A stretch of DNA of 46,042 bases from a virus (lineage: Duplodnaviria; Caudoviricetes), in the IMG/VR virus record IMGVR_UViG_3300044941_000055, positions 1 to 46,042 of that record; one strand, written 5' to 3'. Both the position numbers and the translations under genes were made by a program. Of the stretch, positions 18,860 through 27,633 are shown piece by piece (positions within the stretch are counted from its first letter, which is position 1; each line of letters starts with the position of its first letter). Under the pieces are notes generated by a model that did no database searches, had not been told where the DNA came from, and was given only the letters and a program-made list of their open reading frames with translations.

Positions 18860-19570
18860 TTACTCCTTCGGTGTTGCGGACTGGTCTAAAAGCATTTGCA
18901 TTTTTTGGCTTCTGAACTCCAAGGATTTAAGCGTATTTTCCTTGACAGGAATTCTGTCTGGTAATGCCAAAATCGTTTCAATTAAATCGGTATCTAGTGT
19001 CCCTTGCGTTATCATCTTTAGATTTAATTTACTTTGAAGTCTTTCTCCCCAATATTCGCATTGAGAATCGAAGTCATCGAATGGCTTGAGTGGTTCCGTT
19101 TGCACCAGTGATTTGAAGGTTTCCACAAAAAATCTGGATTCGTCTTCGAGAGATTTCTTTTTCTCTTGTAATTTTTGGATATTTCTGAAGGCCGCAATTT
19201 TCTTGCGTCCCAGCTTTCTCAAATCAATTTCCAGTTCTCTTTTCGTGGTTTCTCCATTTTCTTCGTATTTCTCAATTTTTTTGCTCAATTTATCTATCTT
19301 GATATTTATCAGTTCGAGGTTATCTTTTCCCTCTTCTATTTCGAGAGCGACTGCTTCGAGAGCTTCAAAACGGGTTTTTATTTCTCTTAGGCATTGCCAG
19401 AGCTTGGCTTGGGTGGTAGGCTCTTTATGGATGATGAAATACTTCATCTGGAAGTAACTGTGACGCTCCATGACCTTATTTTTGAGGATTTCGGCCATAT
19501 CTGCCATAAGATTTGGGGCGACGAGTTCTACGACGTTTTCTTTGGCTTCATTTGTTTTATCTATTGACAT
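18860..19570 (-). CDS. Coiled-coil phage protein (possible fibre assembly factor)
   Basis: AAGGAG RBS; heptad-like K/E/L region; first gene before the PKD trio. Confidence 0.7.
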   Translation of the reverse strand: MSIDKTNEAKENVVELVAPNLMADMAEILKNKVMERHSYFQMKYFIIHKEPTTQAKLWQCLREIKTRFEALEAVALEIEEGKDNLELINIKIDKLSKKIEKYEENGETTKRELEIDLRKLGRKKIAAFRNIQKLQEKKKSLEDESRFFVETFKSLVQTEPLKPFDDFDSQCEYWGERLQSKLNLKMITQGTLDTDLIETILALPDRIPVKENTLKSLEFRSQKMQMLLDQSATPKE

Positions 19571-19628
19571 ACCTTCTCCTTTGCGGTTAAACTAACAGAG
19601 TATTTTTTCTTGCAAAACGGAGCGATTT

Positions 19629-20234
19629 ATGGGCAAGCTAGATTGTGCGTTGGGTTATTTGAGTGGCCCAATGGAATATGTTGCGGATCATGGTGTCGAA
19701 TGGAGAAGAAAATTCACTCGCCTTATCTATGAGGCCGGGTTGGACATTGATTTGATTGATCCCACAAATAAGCCGGGCGACGACCAAAAAATAGGCGAAG
19801 ATAAAGGCTATCAGACCAAGCTCAAGCAAGAAAAGAGATGGAAAGAGCTTTCTGAATACGTCGGAGAATATCGACGTTACGATTTACGATACGTCGATTA
19901 TTCCGACTTTCTTGTGGTCGTTGTCGATCCAAGAGTCCCGCAATGGGGCACCAGCAACGAAGTTTATTTTGGCGAAATGCAACACAAGCCCACATTCTTT
20001 GTTTGTGATGGAGGCTTGGCAAACTTGCCAAATTGGTTGTTTGATTTATTGGACTACGAAGGCGACCAGCCAATCAATGTATTTGAGAGCATTGAAGAAG
20101 TGATTGAAATGTTGAAGAGGCTTGATTCAGGGGAAAAAGAACTTAGCAAAGAATGGGTTCTGGTACGCAAACATATTGAGCAGAACCGAAAGAATCGGTT
20201 GGCTCTTGCTAACAGAGTTTCGCACCCAAAATAG
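19629..20234 (+). CDS. Nucleoside 2-deoxyribosyltransferase/nucleotide N-glycosidase-like protein
   Basis: YLSGPM, WR, DP, DL..VD.SD, GTSNE, KP motifs. Confidence 0.8.
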   Translation: MGKLDCALGYLSGPMEYVADHGVEWRRKFTRLIYEAGLDIDLIDPTNKPGDDQKIGEDKGYQTKLKQEKRWKELSEYVGEYRRYDLRYVDYSDFLVVVVDPRVPQWGTSNEVYFGEMQHKPTFFVCDGGLANLPNWLFDLLDYEGDQPINVFESIEEVIEMLKRLDSGEKELSKEWVLVRKHIEQNRKNRLALANRVSHPK

Positions 20235-20736
20235 CCTTGAATTTGTAACCCTTTTCAACGGCGTCCAAAGCCCACATGAGTTTACAAATTTCGTAAGGGC
20301 CGACTTCTGCCATTTTGCCGACTTCTTTGAGGCAATTCTTGTGGAGTAAAAGTCCATTAAGAGTTGCCTCAACGAATTCATATTTCCTGTCAACAATTGG
20401 GAAGAGAATGTCCTTCTCACTTTCAATAAACATTGAATATTTGTTGTCTAGCCTGTGCCTGATATAAGTACCGGCTATCACAATGAAATTCCAATCGGCT
20501 GGCGGGTGTTTCATGCCAGCGTTTATCAGAGAAGTATATGTATCTTTGCCTTTGCACGTTGGGCAAATCTCGTTCATTTCCTTGAAGGGCTGCGTTTTTA
20601 CTGAGTTTTCGGTCACAGAAATGACCGGCACATCGTATTTGCCCCGTATAGAATTGACCGTATTTCTTAGCAAAGAGGGATTGGATTCGGGGTTCAAAAC
20701 CACGAATCCAAAGTTGATGTTTTTGGACGTATACAA
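20209..20736 (-). CDS. Degenerate GT2/GT-A fold protein
   Basis: LLRNTVNSI and INAGMKHPPADWNFIV pattern but no DxD. Confidence 0.5.
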   Translation of the reverse strand: MYTSKNINFGFVVLNPESNPSLLRNTVNSIRGKYDVPVISVTENSVKTQPFKEMNEICPTCKGKDTYTSLINAGMKHPPADWNFIVIAGTYIRHRLDNKYSMFIESEKDILFPIVDRKYEFVEATLNGLLLHKNCLKEVGKMAEVGPYEICKLMWALDAVEKGYKFKAILGAKLC

Positions 20737-20747
20737 CTTAATCTCGC

Positions 20748-21599
20748 TTATGAGAGAGCCACGTCAAAATCTATTCTGATTATATCATCAGAAGTAATTG
20801 CCGTGTTGAGTACAAATGTTCCGGCAGTATGATCTGGTGTGTAGCTGTTCAATGTCCATTCTTCCGTCATTAGGTTGCCGGGGACATATACATCAGCGTC
20901 GGTAGTTAATTTCACACCATTGATATAGACCCTAAGACTATGTTCGATATAAGGGGTATTAACCGAAGTTACTTTGTAATTAAGATAATCGGTCGTAATA
21001 GGTTTTAGGTCGTAATAATGTCTATGTGCAAATTCAAGTGGGATCGTTAGAACCGGCTTAATTGTCACAGAGGTTGAAGGTGGTACTGGTGCCGTTACAT
21101 CCCATTGAATACCTTCGGACGCTCTGAGATATATTTTGCCCTCTTCTATTACCAAGGTATTAGAAGGAGTTTCTACCTCAAAGGTGATATTAGTAGCTTC
21201 TGAGGCAATTAGAGCAAGTTTTGCTCGCTCGGCCTCAAGCATTCTTACAAATGGAACTGGATTTATTACGTCTGGATAGTTTAATGTATCGTTGTAATAA
21301 TCAAGTTCTGATACATCTACAATTTTGCTGCCATCGCTGTGTTCAGCGATATTGTGTGCTGCTTTGTCAATAGCAGAAGCCTTGAGAGAACCGTCTTGTT
21401 TCAAAGATTGGTTGAGTCGATTGTCTACAGTTCCTTGATTTCCTGCTGCATCCCGCAATATTTTGGCATAATTTTCCAGTTCTCCATTTATCAATTGATC
21501 CCGTAACGCCAGCACTTCAATGGGAACATTGTCATATTCCCAATGATATGGATGCAATGGATCATATTTTGGAACTGGAAGTTTTGATAGATCAGGCAT
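20748..21599 (-). CDS. Virion structural protein (fibre/baseplate-associated)
   Basis: N-terminal NVPIEVLALRD, C-terminal LRVYINGVKL...DIIRIDF beta module common in tail proteins. Confidence 0.65.
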   Translation of the reverse strand: MPDLSKLPVPKYDPLHPYHWEYDNVPIEVLALRDQLINGELENYAKILRDAAGNQGTVDNRLNQSLKQDGSLKASAIDKAAHNIAEHSDGSKIVDVSELDYYNDTLNYPDVINPVPFVRMLEAERAKLALIASEATNITFEVETPSNTLVIEEGKIYLRASEGIQWDVTAPVPPSTSVTIKPVLTIPLEFAHRHYYDLKPITTDYLNYKVTSVNTPYIEHSLRVYINGVKLTTDADVYVPGNLMTEEWTLNSYTPDHTAGTFVLNTAITSDDIIRIDFDVALS

Positions 21600-21793
21600 T
21601 ACTCCTCTTTTTGGCCGTAATTAGTTTTGCGGTCTTGTTGTTTCACAACAGAACGACGTTTAGTGGTATCCCCAGAATACGTCGATTTGTTTGATTTGCT
21701 AAAGCGTGGATTACCGCCTACAAAGCCGGATTTCCCGTGATTGTAGTCTTTTCTGTTTTTTCCACGCCACTCGTTGAATGATATTAGTGCCAT
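21599..21793 (-). CDS. Small basic hypothetical protein
   Basis: K/R-rich 64 aa; TAATG coupling with the next gene. Confidence 0.6.
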   Translation of the reverse strand: MALISFNEWRGKNRKDYNHGKSGFVGGNPRFSKSNKSTYSGDTTKRRSVVKQQDRKTNYGQKEE

Positions 21794-21816
21794 AGTGATT
21801 TATATACGGCCACTGA

Positions 21817-22116
21817 TTACAAATCTAATTCCCAACCTTTTTCATTATATTGAGCTTCCGGTGCATCGTATGGACCGGGATTTAAATCAATCATAAGTTC
21901 GGGAATTTCTACAATCTTAACCTGATCGGAAGAAATTGTATTTCCAAGACTTTTCAAAAGTTCTGCCGGGCAGTTAGAAGTAACATAGATTGGTTCCATC
22001 GACTTCTTGATTTCTTCGGCCAACTCTTTTTCAAAATCCCAGATGGAAACGGTAAAAGTCTGTGGCATCTCGGCCTGTTCTTTCTGCTTTTTTCTGTCTA
22101 GCCAATAATTGCTCAT
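21817..22116 (-). CDS. Hypothetical protein
   Basis: GGAG RBS, ATGA coupling with the SET gene. Confidence 0.7.
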   Translation of the reverse strand: MSNYWLDRKKQKEQAEMPQTFTVSIWDFEKELAEEIKKSMEPIYVTSNCPAELLKSLGNTISSDQVKIVEIPELMIDLNPGPYDAPEAQYNEKGWELDL

Positions 22117-22649
22117 TTGATTAAATCTCCCAAATTGTAAAGGTTATATTGGAGGAACTTCTCCCAATCTTTCATATCCGCTTTCGCACTATCGTGTGTT
22201 TCGTGAACCCAATTGAAGACTTTTTCCCAGCCTTCCCCGTAGTGCCCCAAGACTTCTTCGCCAGCATCTACGTCTTTGATAAACCAATAAACAGCTTTGT
22301 CGGCATGTAAACTCTTTTTTGTGTATTTGTCATCAAGGTATCGTATTTCTACATTTTGTTGCCTCTTATCCTTGGCATGATTTACTATCCCGGCAAAACC
22401 TAACGGAACAATAAGGAATTCACCAATGTTTATTTTGTCGCCATTTCTTTTCACATCTGCGGCAAACTTGTATGCATTGGCGTAATAAGTACATTGATCG
22501 GCTACTGACTCTCTGTGAACCAACACGCCAGTTATCTCAAGCCAATCATTTTTCTTAATTGGCTTTTTTGCAAAAAGACCATTGCCCGCCAGATTCACAG
22601 TTGATTGAGCTATGTAAAAGCGATCATCATCTTCTTCAAATACTATCAT
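22113..22649 (-). CDS. SET-domain methyltransferase
   Basis: AGNGLFAKKPI, GIVNH, KDVDAGEEVLGHYG. Confidence 0.9.
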   Translation of the reverse strand: MIVFEEDDDRFYIAQSTVNLAGNGLFAKKPIKKNDWLEITGVLVHRESVADQCTYYANAYKFAADVKRNGDKINIGEFLIVPLGFAGIVNHAKDKRQQNVEIRYLDDKYTKKSLHADKAVYWFIKDVDAGEEVLGHYGEGWEKVFNWVHETHDSAKADMKDWEKFLQYNLYNLGDLIK

Positions 22650-22915
22650 TCGATATAGCCTCTTTCTATGGCGTCGTTAATTTCTTGCAAAGTCATATTT
22701 TGACCTACAAATTCACCGAAACACTCACAAAAATGGTTGAGTATTGATGTAGTAACAGTTTCCGTTAATTCTTTGTGTTGAGAAATAACCTTCTTTGCTT
22801 CATCCCATGAATTTAGGTCCAGACCCCAATCAAAGACTTCTCCATCGACGGCGAGAGCGTTAATGTTTTTATCAAATTCCTCGCTAGGAATAGTAATTAT
22901 TTTAACAGTTTTCAT
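22646..22915 (-). CDS. Hypothetical protein
   Basis: ATGA coupling with the SET gene; AGGA RBS. Confidence 0.7.
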   Translation of the reverse strand: MKTVKIITIPSEEFDKNINALAVDGEVFDWGLDLNSWDEAKKVISQHKELTETVTTSILNHFCECFGEFVGQNMTLQEINDAIERGYIE

Positions 22916-23883
22916 TTATTTAAAATCCTGCTTACAGTTGATTGATTAACGCCTACTATTTTTGCTATTTCTTTTTGTTTTAAATGTTTAAGCCCTTTAA
23001 TTTGTAATTTTTGTTCCTTTGTAATTCGTGATTTCTTTTTTATGTTACAACTTTCAGTTAAGTGTGACCATCTAACGCCAGACGTAATTTGAGAAATAGC
23101 ACCACTTGTTAAATTAAACTTTTTGGCAATGTCTTTCACAGATGTTCCAGCTTTTCTAAATTCAATTATATTTTTAGCATCTTTTTCTGTTATTTTTGAT
23201 TGACTGTGATGCTCTCCCGCTTGATGTATTTTTTGATAGTTGCTATCAAGTTTATATTGAAAACAATTCCAAGTGACATATGGTTTAATTAAATCTACAA
23301 CATGCTTAAATGATTCGACACCGATAAAAATTCTCCATTGATTATCTCCTGTTGTATTTTTCTTTTTCGTAGCTTTAATTGACAAATCTTTATTCAATCT
23401 TTCAATGAGAAATTCTATATCTTCTTCATAAAAACCTTGCGTTTCTAAAGTTATATTTCCATCTTTTGTGTGGTTGCTTCCATCTTCCATCATCCATACA
23501 CATAAAGTTAATGGAGTTAAAATTAAATCTTTAGGAATTATTTTTTTTCTTTTAAAATATTTGTGTTCAATGGGAATATACCATTTTTTTTCTAACTCTG
23601 TCCAAAATAAATGTGATCTTGTTGTCAATAAATAATTTTCATAAATTTTATTTGGATTAGCTAAACCAGTCCCTTTTTTCTTTTTAAGTCTTAATGTTAT
23701 TCCAAGTTCTATAAATTCAGAAGTAAACCATAAAATATATGTTTTTTTATCAATGCCATCTTTGTCGAGCTTGGATTGCTGCAAACAAAATTTACACATT
23801 GGATCAACAAAATTATTGTGAATCCAACCATCACCCAAAAGCGATCCGTTAATGATTTCCATTTGCCTTTTTGTTAACATCAT
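22912..23883 (-). CDS. Free-standing LAGLIDADG homing endonuclease with C-terminal HTH domains
   Basis: IINGSLLGDG and LCVWMMEDGS motifs; HTHs SVKDIAKKF and QKEIAKIVGVNQSTVSR; AT-rich. Confidence 0.9.
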   Translation of the reverse strand: MMLTKRQMEIINGSLLGDGWIHNNFVDPMCKFCLQQSKLDKDGIDKKTYILWFTSEFIELGITLRLKKKKGTGLANPNKIYENYLLTTRSHLFWTELEKKWYIPIEHKYFKRKKIIPKDLILTPLTLCVWMMEDGSNHTKDGNITLETQGFYEEDIEFLIERLNKDLSIKATKKKNTTGDNQWRIFIGVESFKHVVDLIKPYVTWNCFQYKLDSNYQKIHQAGEHHSQSKITEKDAKNIIEFRKAGTSVKDIAKKFNLTSGAISQITSGVRWSHLTESCNIKKKSRITKEQKLQIKGLKHLKQKEIAKIVGVNQSTVSRILNK

Positions 23884-23898
23884 TTTTTCCTTATCACA

Positions 23899-23928
23899 AT
23901 TATATATGCAGTTAACAGAAAAAGTCAA
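23899..23928 (-). promoter_or_regulatory. Sigma70-like promoter of the LAGLIDADG gene
   Basis: TTGACT-N18-TATAAT, then AAGGA RBS. Confidence 0.65.
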
Positions 23929-23937
23929 TTTTATTTT

Positions 23938-24414
23938 TCAGACGAAACTTATACGCCAATTCCAAGTTATTTGCATCTGATCTGTTTTGTTCAAATCCAA
24001 GAAGGTTGCCATGCTGTATAAGTCGCCATTTGACATTTGCAGTGCCATCTCGTTGATTGCATAGCCATTTGCATCTGAGAATCCCAATACTGCTGTAAAA
24101 ACAACTTGGCTTGGAATATTGGGGTCAACCTGAGCAATTACCGACTTACTTGCACGAGTGATACCGAACAAACCATTTCTGACGGTATCTACATACTTTA
24201 CAGACCCACCCGCCGTTCCACCGTCGCCAAACAACATACGGTTGACATAAAATTGGTAGGTGTCGCCCAAATCGTTGGCGAGACTTTTAGCCAATGCTTC
24301 ACGTCCCTTACGGAGAATGGTGTTCTTGAACTCTCTCTTTTCTTGTCGGCCATCCTTGTATTCAATATTGACGGTCACATAGCCGCTTACTTCTACTGGT
24401 TCTTCTGTGTTCAT
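23938..24414 (-). CDS. Tail-collar/baseplate fibre-attachment protein
   Basis: NTI...GRE.LA, FGDGG, EMAL...G.L[YF]S, K..W.I.F pattern; follows the wedge gene. Confidence 0.7.
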   Translation of the reverse strand: MNTEEPVEVSGYVTVNIEYKDGRQEKREFKNTILRKGREALAKSLANDLGDTYQFYVNRMLFGDGGTAGGSVKYVDTVRNGLFGITRASKSVIAQVDPNIPSQVVFTAVLGFSDANGYAINEMALQMSNGDLYSMATFLDLNKTDQMQITWNWRISFV

Positions 24415-27400
24415 ATTTCCCCTTGTTCGGTGGAGCCGTTCAAATATTCTATGTTAAAAGAAATTCCTTCGCCCTGTTGCACATAATTGATTACATTATC
24501 ATCGCCTGCTCCTGCGGACAAAGCCATCATCGGCATTGCTGGTGGGGCGTCGGTTGTATTGGTGATTATTTCGCCGCCTCTTCTGTCTATTATTCTAAAT
24601 GTATAGGCAGGAAGGTCAAATTGTTGGCCCGGAATAGTCACGTTTTCTGTCTTTTCATATTGATAAATGTCGTAGCTTACCGAGGTTCCCCCGCCTTGCC
24701 ACGTTTTCCAATACTTGTCTGGACCCTCAAGTGTTATGAGCGATCCATCAATATCTGCCATGAAGTAAATGTCGCCATCTATGTCAATCAGATAGTTCTG
24801 TTTGAACGTATTGTCCTCTAAAGGAGTAGGCACAACCGAATTTCCGCCATTGGAAACCGGCAATCCTGTCTCGTGGTTTGTCGGAGAAGTGTCTAATCTT
24901 AGACCATTGTGGCTTAAATAACCCACTTGATTTTCAGTTACACGCTGCCAGACAGTCAGGGTAATCGGCCCCACATCCCCACCCGTATAGCCTGAAATGT
25001 AGAATTCATCATCTGTGCCTGCGACCAAACCAGTTACTTTGTATTGATTGCCGCTTATTAGTTGATAATATTCAATTTCTTGCAAATTGAATATATCTTG
25101 AATGCCCGTACCGGACGCCACAGTTCTTCCTCTTGCCGTAATTCTCAAGAAGCCAGTTGTACTGGACCCTTTTACATTGCCAATCTCATCCAATAGTGTG
25201 TAAATCACACCCGTGGCGTTCGATGTTGGAAGTGTATGGGCCGGGTCATCCAGCACTATTACTCCATTGGGCAAAATGTCCTTAATGTCGTAAGGAGTTC
25301 CTGAATAAGCTGGAATGGACATTTGCCAAGGGGCACTCGCAGTACCTTGGGCTACATCCCATTGAGTCTTAATGTTCAAAATTTGATAATCTAGGTTTGC
25401 GTCTGTGACTTCTTGAATATTGTCTTGATAAACAAACACTGTCCCAAATGGTGTATCAAACTCGACGGGGTTGGAAATTCTGAAAGTAAAAGCTCTATCA
25501 CTCAATACTTGGTTCTCAAATGAAGAATTAGTTTCCGTTATTGGCTCCGAAATACTACTGTCATTCACGCCAGAAATGCTTCCTTGAGATACCTGAGCCG
25601 TATTTTTATCTGGGTTGTCTATTCTGTACTTTCCAGCCAAAGATGACGAAAGAATTTCCAGTACAGCACGACCATCGGTCGCCATCCCCAGATTTTCAAA
25701 GTTTATGTCGCCGCAGAAAATCACAATTTTATCGTTGAAAGCAATGCCAGTTCCACTTGCCACAGCAGTAGCTGTTGCCAGTTGATTTCTTAGAACAGTA
25801 GCAGTGGTAGTGCCTCTTTTCATAGCTCTGTTAAACCACATTTGAGCCGAACCAGCAATTACGTCATCATAAGCAGAATATCTTATAAAACCTTCGATCA
25901 CTTCTTCTGGTTGTTCCATGAATTCATGGAACCCACCATAGATGTTTAGGTTTTGTAACACTGCATGAAATGGCATATGTTCAGTGAGTATTTGAACCGC
26001 TTCGTAAATTCTATCGTTCGTTAGTTCTTCTATTTCTAGGTCCGCATTATATTTGCTGCTGATGCACGCAAAGCATGGGTCGAGGAAATCTTTGTCAATA
26101 TCGCATGGGTCTTTGGAATTTCGGATACTACCGTTATATTCATCCATGTTATAGATGTTTTCCGAATAAGGGAATTCCGTTCTTACCTTGCCGAAGATAA
26201 TATCATCGTGATATGGATGTTTTTGTGGGATGATTACGTCAAACAGTGGGTCATCCTCTGCGATCAGCCTCACATTCATGTTTTTAAGAGGATAATCTTG
26301 ATCTGTTTCGTCACGCTGATCTGCCAGCGGTAATGCTCTTACATAATCTTCTATTGTTTGTATTGCCGGGCTTGGAATTTCATTATACTTGTACAGAACT
26401 TTAATTATGTCGCCTTCCATCAAATCCAATGGGTTTGTGGAAAGAGAACTGCCTTCCCAAGTCATGGTTGTTACGCCATCTACAGTAGAGAAGGAAACAT
26501 AATCTGAAGAGATTTCTGTATAATCTTCCTCGCCTTCTGCCCTAATTGACAATTGGAAATTATCTAAATCAACGGGCAAAGCAACCTTGGCCAAAGTCCA
26601 ACTGGTTTCGCCGTCATATTTGAATATTTCTTGCCAAGTATACGCAGAAATTACTTGCCACAAACTGGTGTATTTGACAAGTTTTATGCCAGCTTGATCC
26701 AACCCTTCGACTACGCCGCCTCTGGTTCCTTTTCTTTTGTATAAAGGAACCGCACGCTTAATTTGTTTTCTCCAACGTGTTGGGTCATAAGACTTTAGCT
26801 TTAAACCAAGCGTGTTGGAAAGATATGGCAATAGTGATTCATCAAGAGCATTGGCGTCATAAAGATCAATTATTTGATTTGCCAAATTTTCTAATACGGT
26901 AAACCCGTCTGCAACAGATTTGTTGAGTTTATCAATTACATCTGGTGTTCTATCGCCATCACACAAAAGCATTTTAAATACTTCTGGGGTATATCTCTCT
27001 AGCAGCGTTTCATATTTTTCTGGGGGAGTTTGGTGCGTAGGAATAGTTGTGGTAATTTCCGTGGCACCCTTTAAATAAAATTTGAAGTGTTGCGAATAAG
27101 ACTCACCGGCAGGAAGTGGTGTCCAAGTCCAACAAATGAAGTAATCGCCCTCTCGCATTCCGACTGGTTGCCAAGTGTATTTGAAATTGCCAACTAGCGG
27201 GTTTGCGTCTTCATCCTCTGTGACATGCTCTAGGAAAGAGTTTTCTTCATCCGAAGATAACCATGCTGGGAACTCTTTGTTCCCAACAACATGCACAGGT
27301 TTTGAATCATTGAAATAAAACGGCGTGGTGGTCTTTGAAGCCTCAGCATCAAGTCTGGCTCTCTGAGCAGCTTCTATGTTCTCTTGCGAAGGGTCAGCAC

Positions 27401-27626
27401 AGGCTAGAGCCTCTGCTTCCATAGCCGCCTTCATCTTTTCGATTATGTAAAAGTCTTCTTTGTATTCACTAAGGTTGTTGCTGGAAAAATCTCTTTCTAC
27501 ATAATAAATGACTAGCCGATCCACCTTATATGGATCAGTTAAACAACCATTTGCATCCAAGGTTGTCAGGTCAAATATTACATCATCTGTTGTAGATGGA
27601 TTTTCTGTTACGTTTAATACAGCCAT
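24411..27626 (-). CDS. Large baseplate wedge protein (P2 gpI/T4 gp7-like)
   Basis: LLPYLSNTLG...RKQIKRAVPLYKRKGT motif; directly after the gp6/J-like gene. Confidence 0.8.
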   Translation of the reverse strand: MAVLNVTENPSTTDDVIFDLTTLDANGCLTDPYKVDRLVIYYVERDFSSNNLSEYKEDFYIIEKMKAAMEAEALACADPSQENIEAAQRARLDAEASKTTTPFYFNDSKPVHVVGNKEFPAWLSSDEENSFLEHVTEDEDANPLVGNFKYTWQPVGMREGDYFICWTWTPLPAGESYSQHFKFYLKGATEITTTIPTHQTPPEKYETLLERYTPEVFKMLLCDGDRTPDVIDKLNKSVADGFTVLENLANQIIDLYDANALDESLLPYLSNTLGLKLKSYDPTRWRKQIKRAVPLYKRKGTRGGVVEGLDQAGIKLVKYTSLWQVISAYTWQEIFKYDGETSWTLAKVALPVDLDNFQLSIRAEGEEDYTEISSDYVSFSTVDGVTTMTWEGSSLSTNPLDLMEGDIIKVLYKYNEIPSPAIQTIEDYVRALPLADQRDETDQDYPLKNMNVRLIAEDDPLFDVIIPQKHPYHDDIIFGKVRTEFPYSENIYNMDEYNGSIRNSKDPCDIDKDFLDPCFACISSKYNADLEIEELTNDRIYEAVQILTEHMPFHAVLQNLNIYGGFHEFMEQPEEVIEGFIRYSAYDDVIAGSAQMWFNRAMKRGTTTATVLRNQLATATAVASGTGIAFNDKIVIFCGDINFENLGMATDGRAVLEILSSSLAGKYRIDNPDKNTAQVSQGSISGVNDSSISEPITETNSSFENQVLSDRAFTFRISNPVEFDTPFGTVFVYQDNIQEVTDANLDYQILNIKTQWDVAQGTASAPWQMSIPAYSGTPYDIKDILPNGVIVLDDPAHTLPTSNATGVIYTLLDEIGNVKGSSTTGFLRITARGRTVASGTGIQDIFNLQEIEYYQLISGNQYKVTGLVAGTDDEFYISGYTGGDVGPITLTVWQRVTENQVGYLSHNGLRLDTSPTNHETGLPVSNGGNSVVPTPLEDNTFKQNYLIDIDGDIYFMADIDGSLITLEGPDKYWKTWQGGGTSVSYDIYQYEKTENVTIPGQQFDLPAYTFRIIDRRGGEIITNTTDAPPAMPMMALSAGAGDDNVINYVQQGEGISFNIEYLNGSTEQGEI

Positions 27627-27633
27627 TTTTCCC

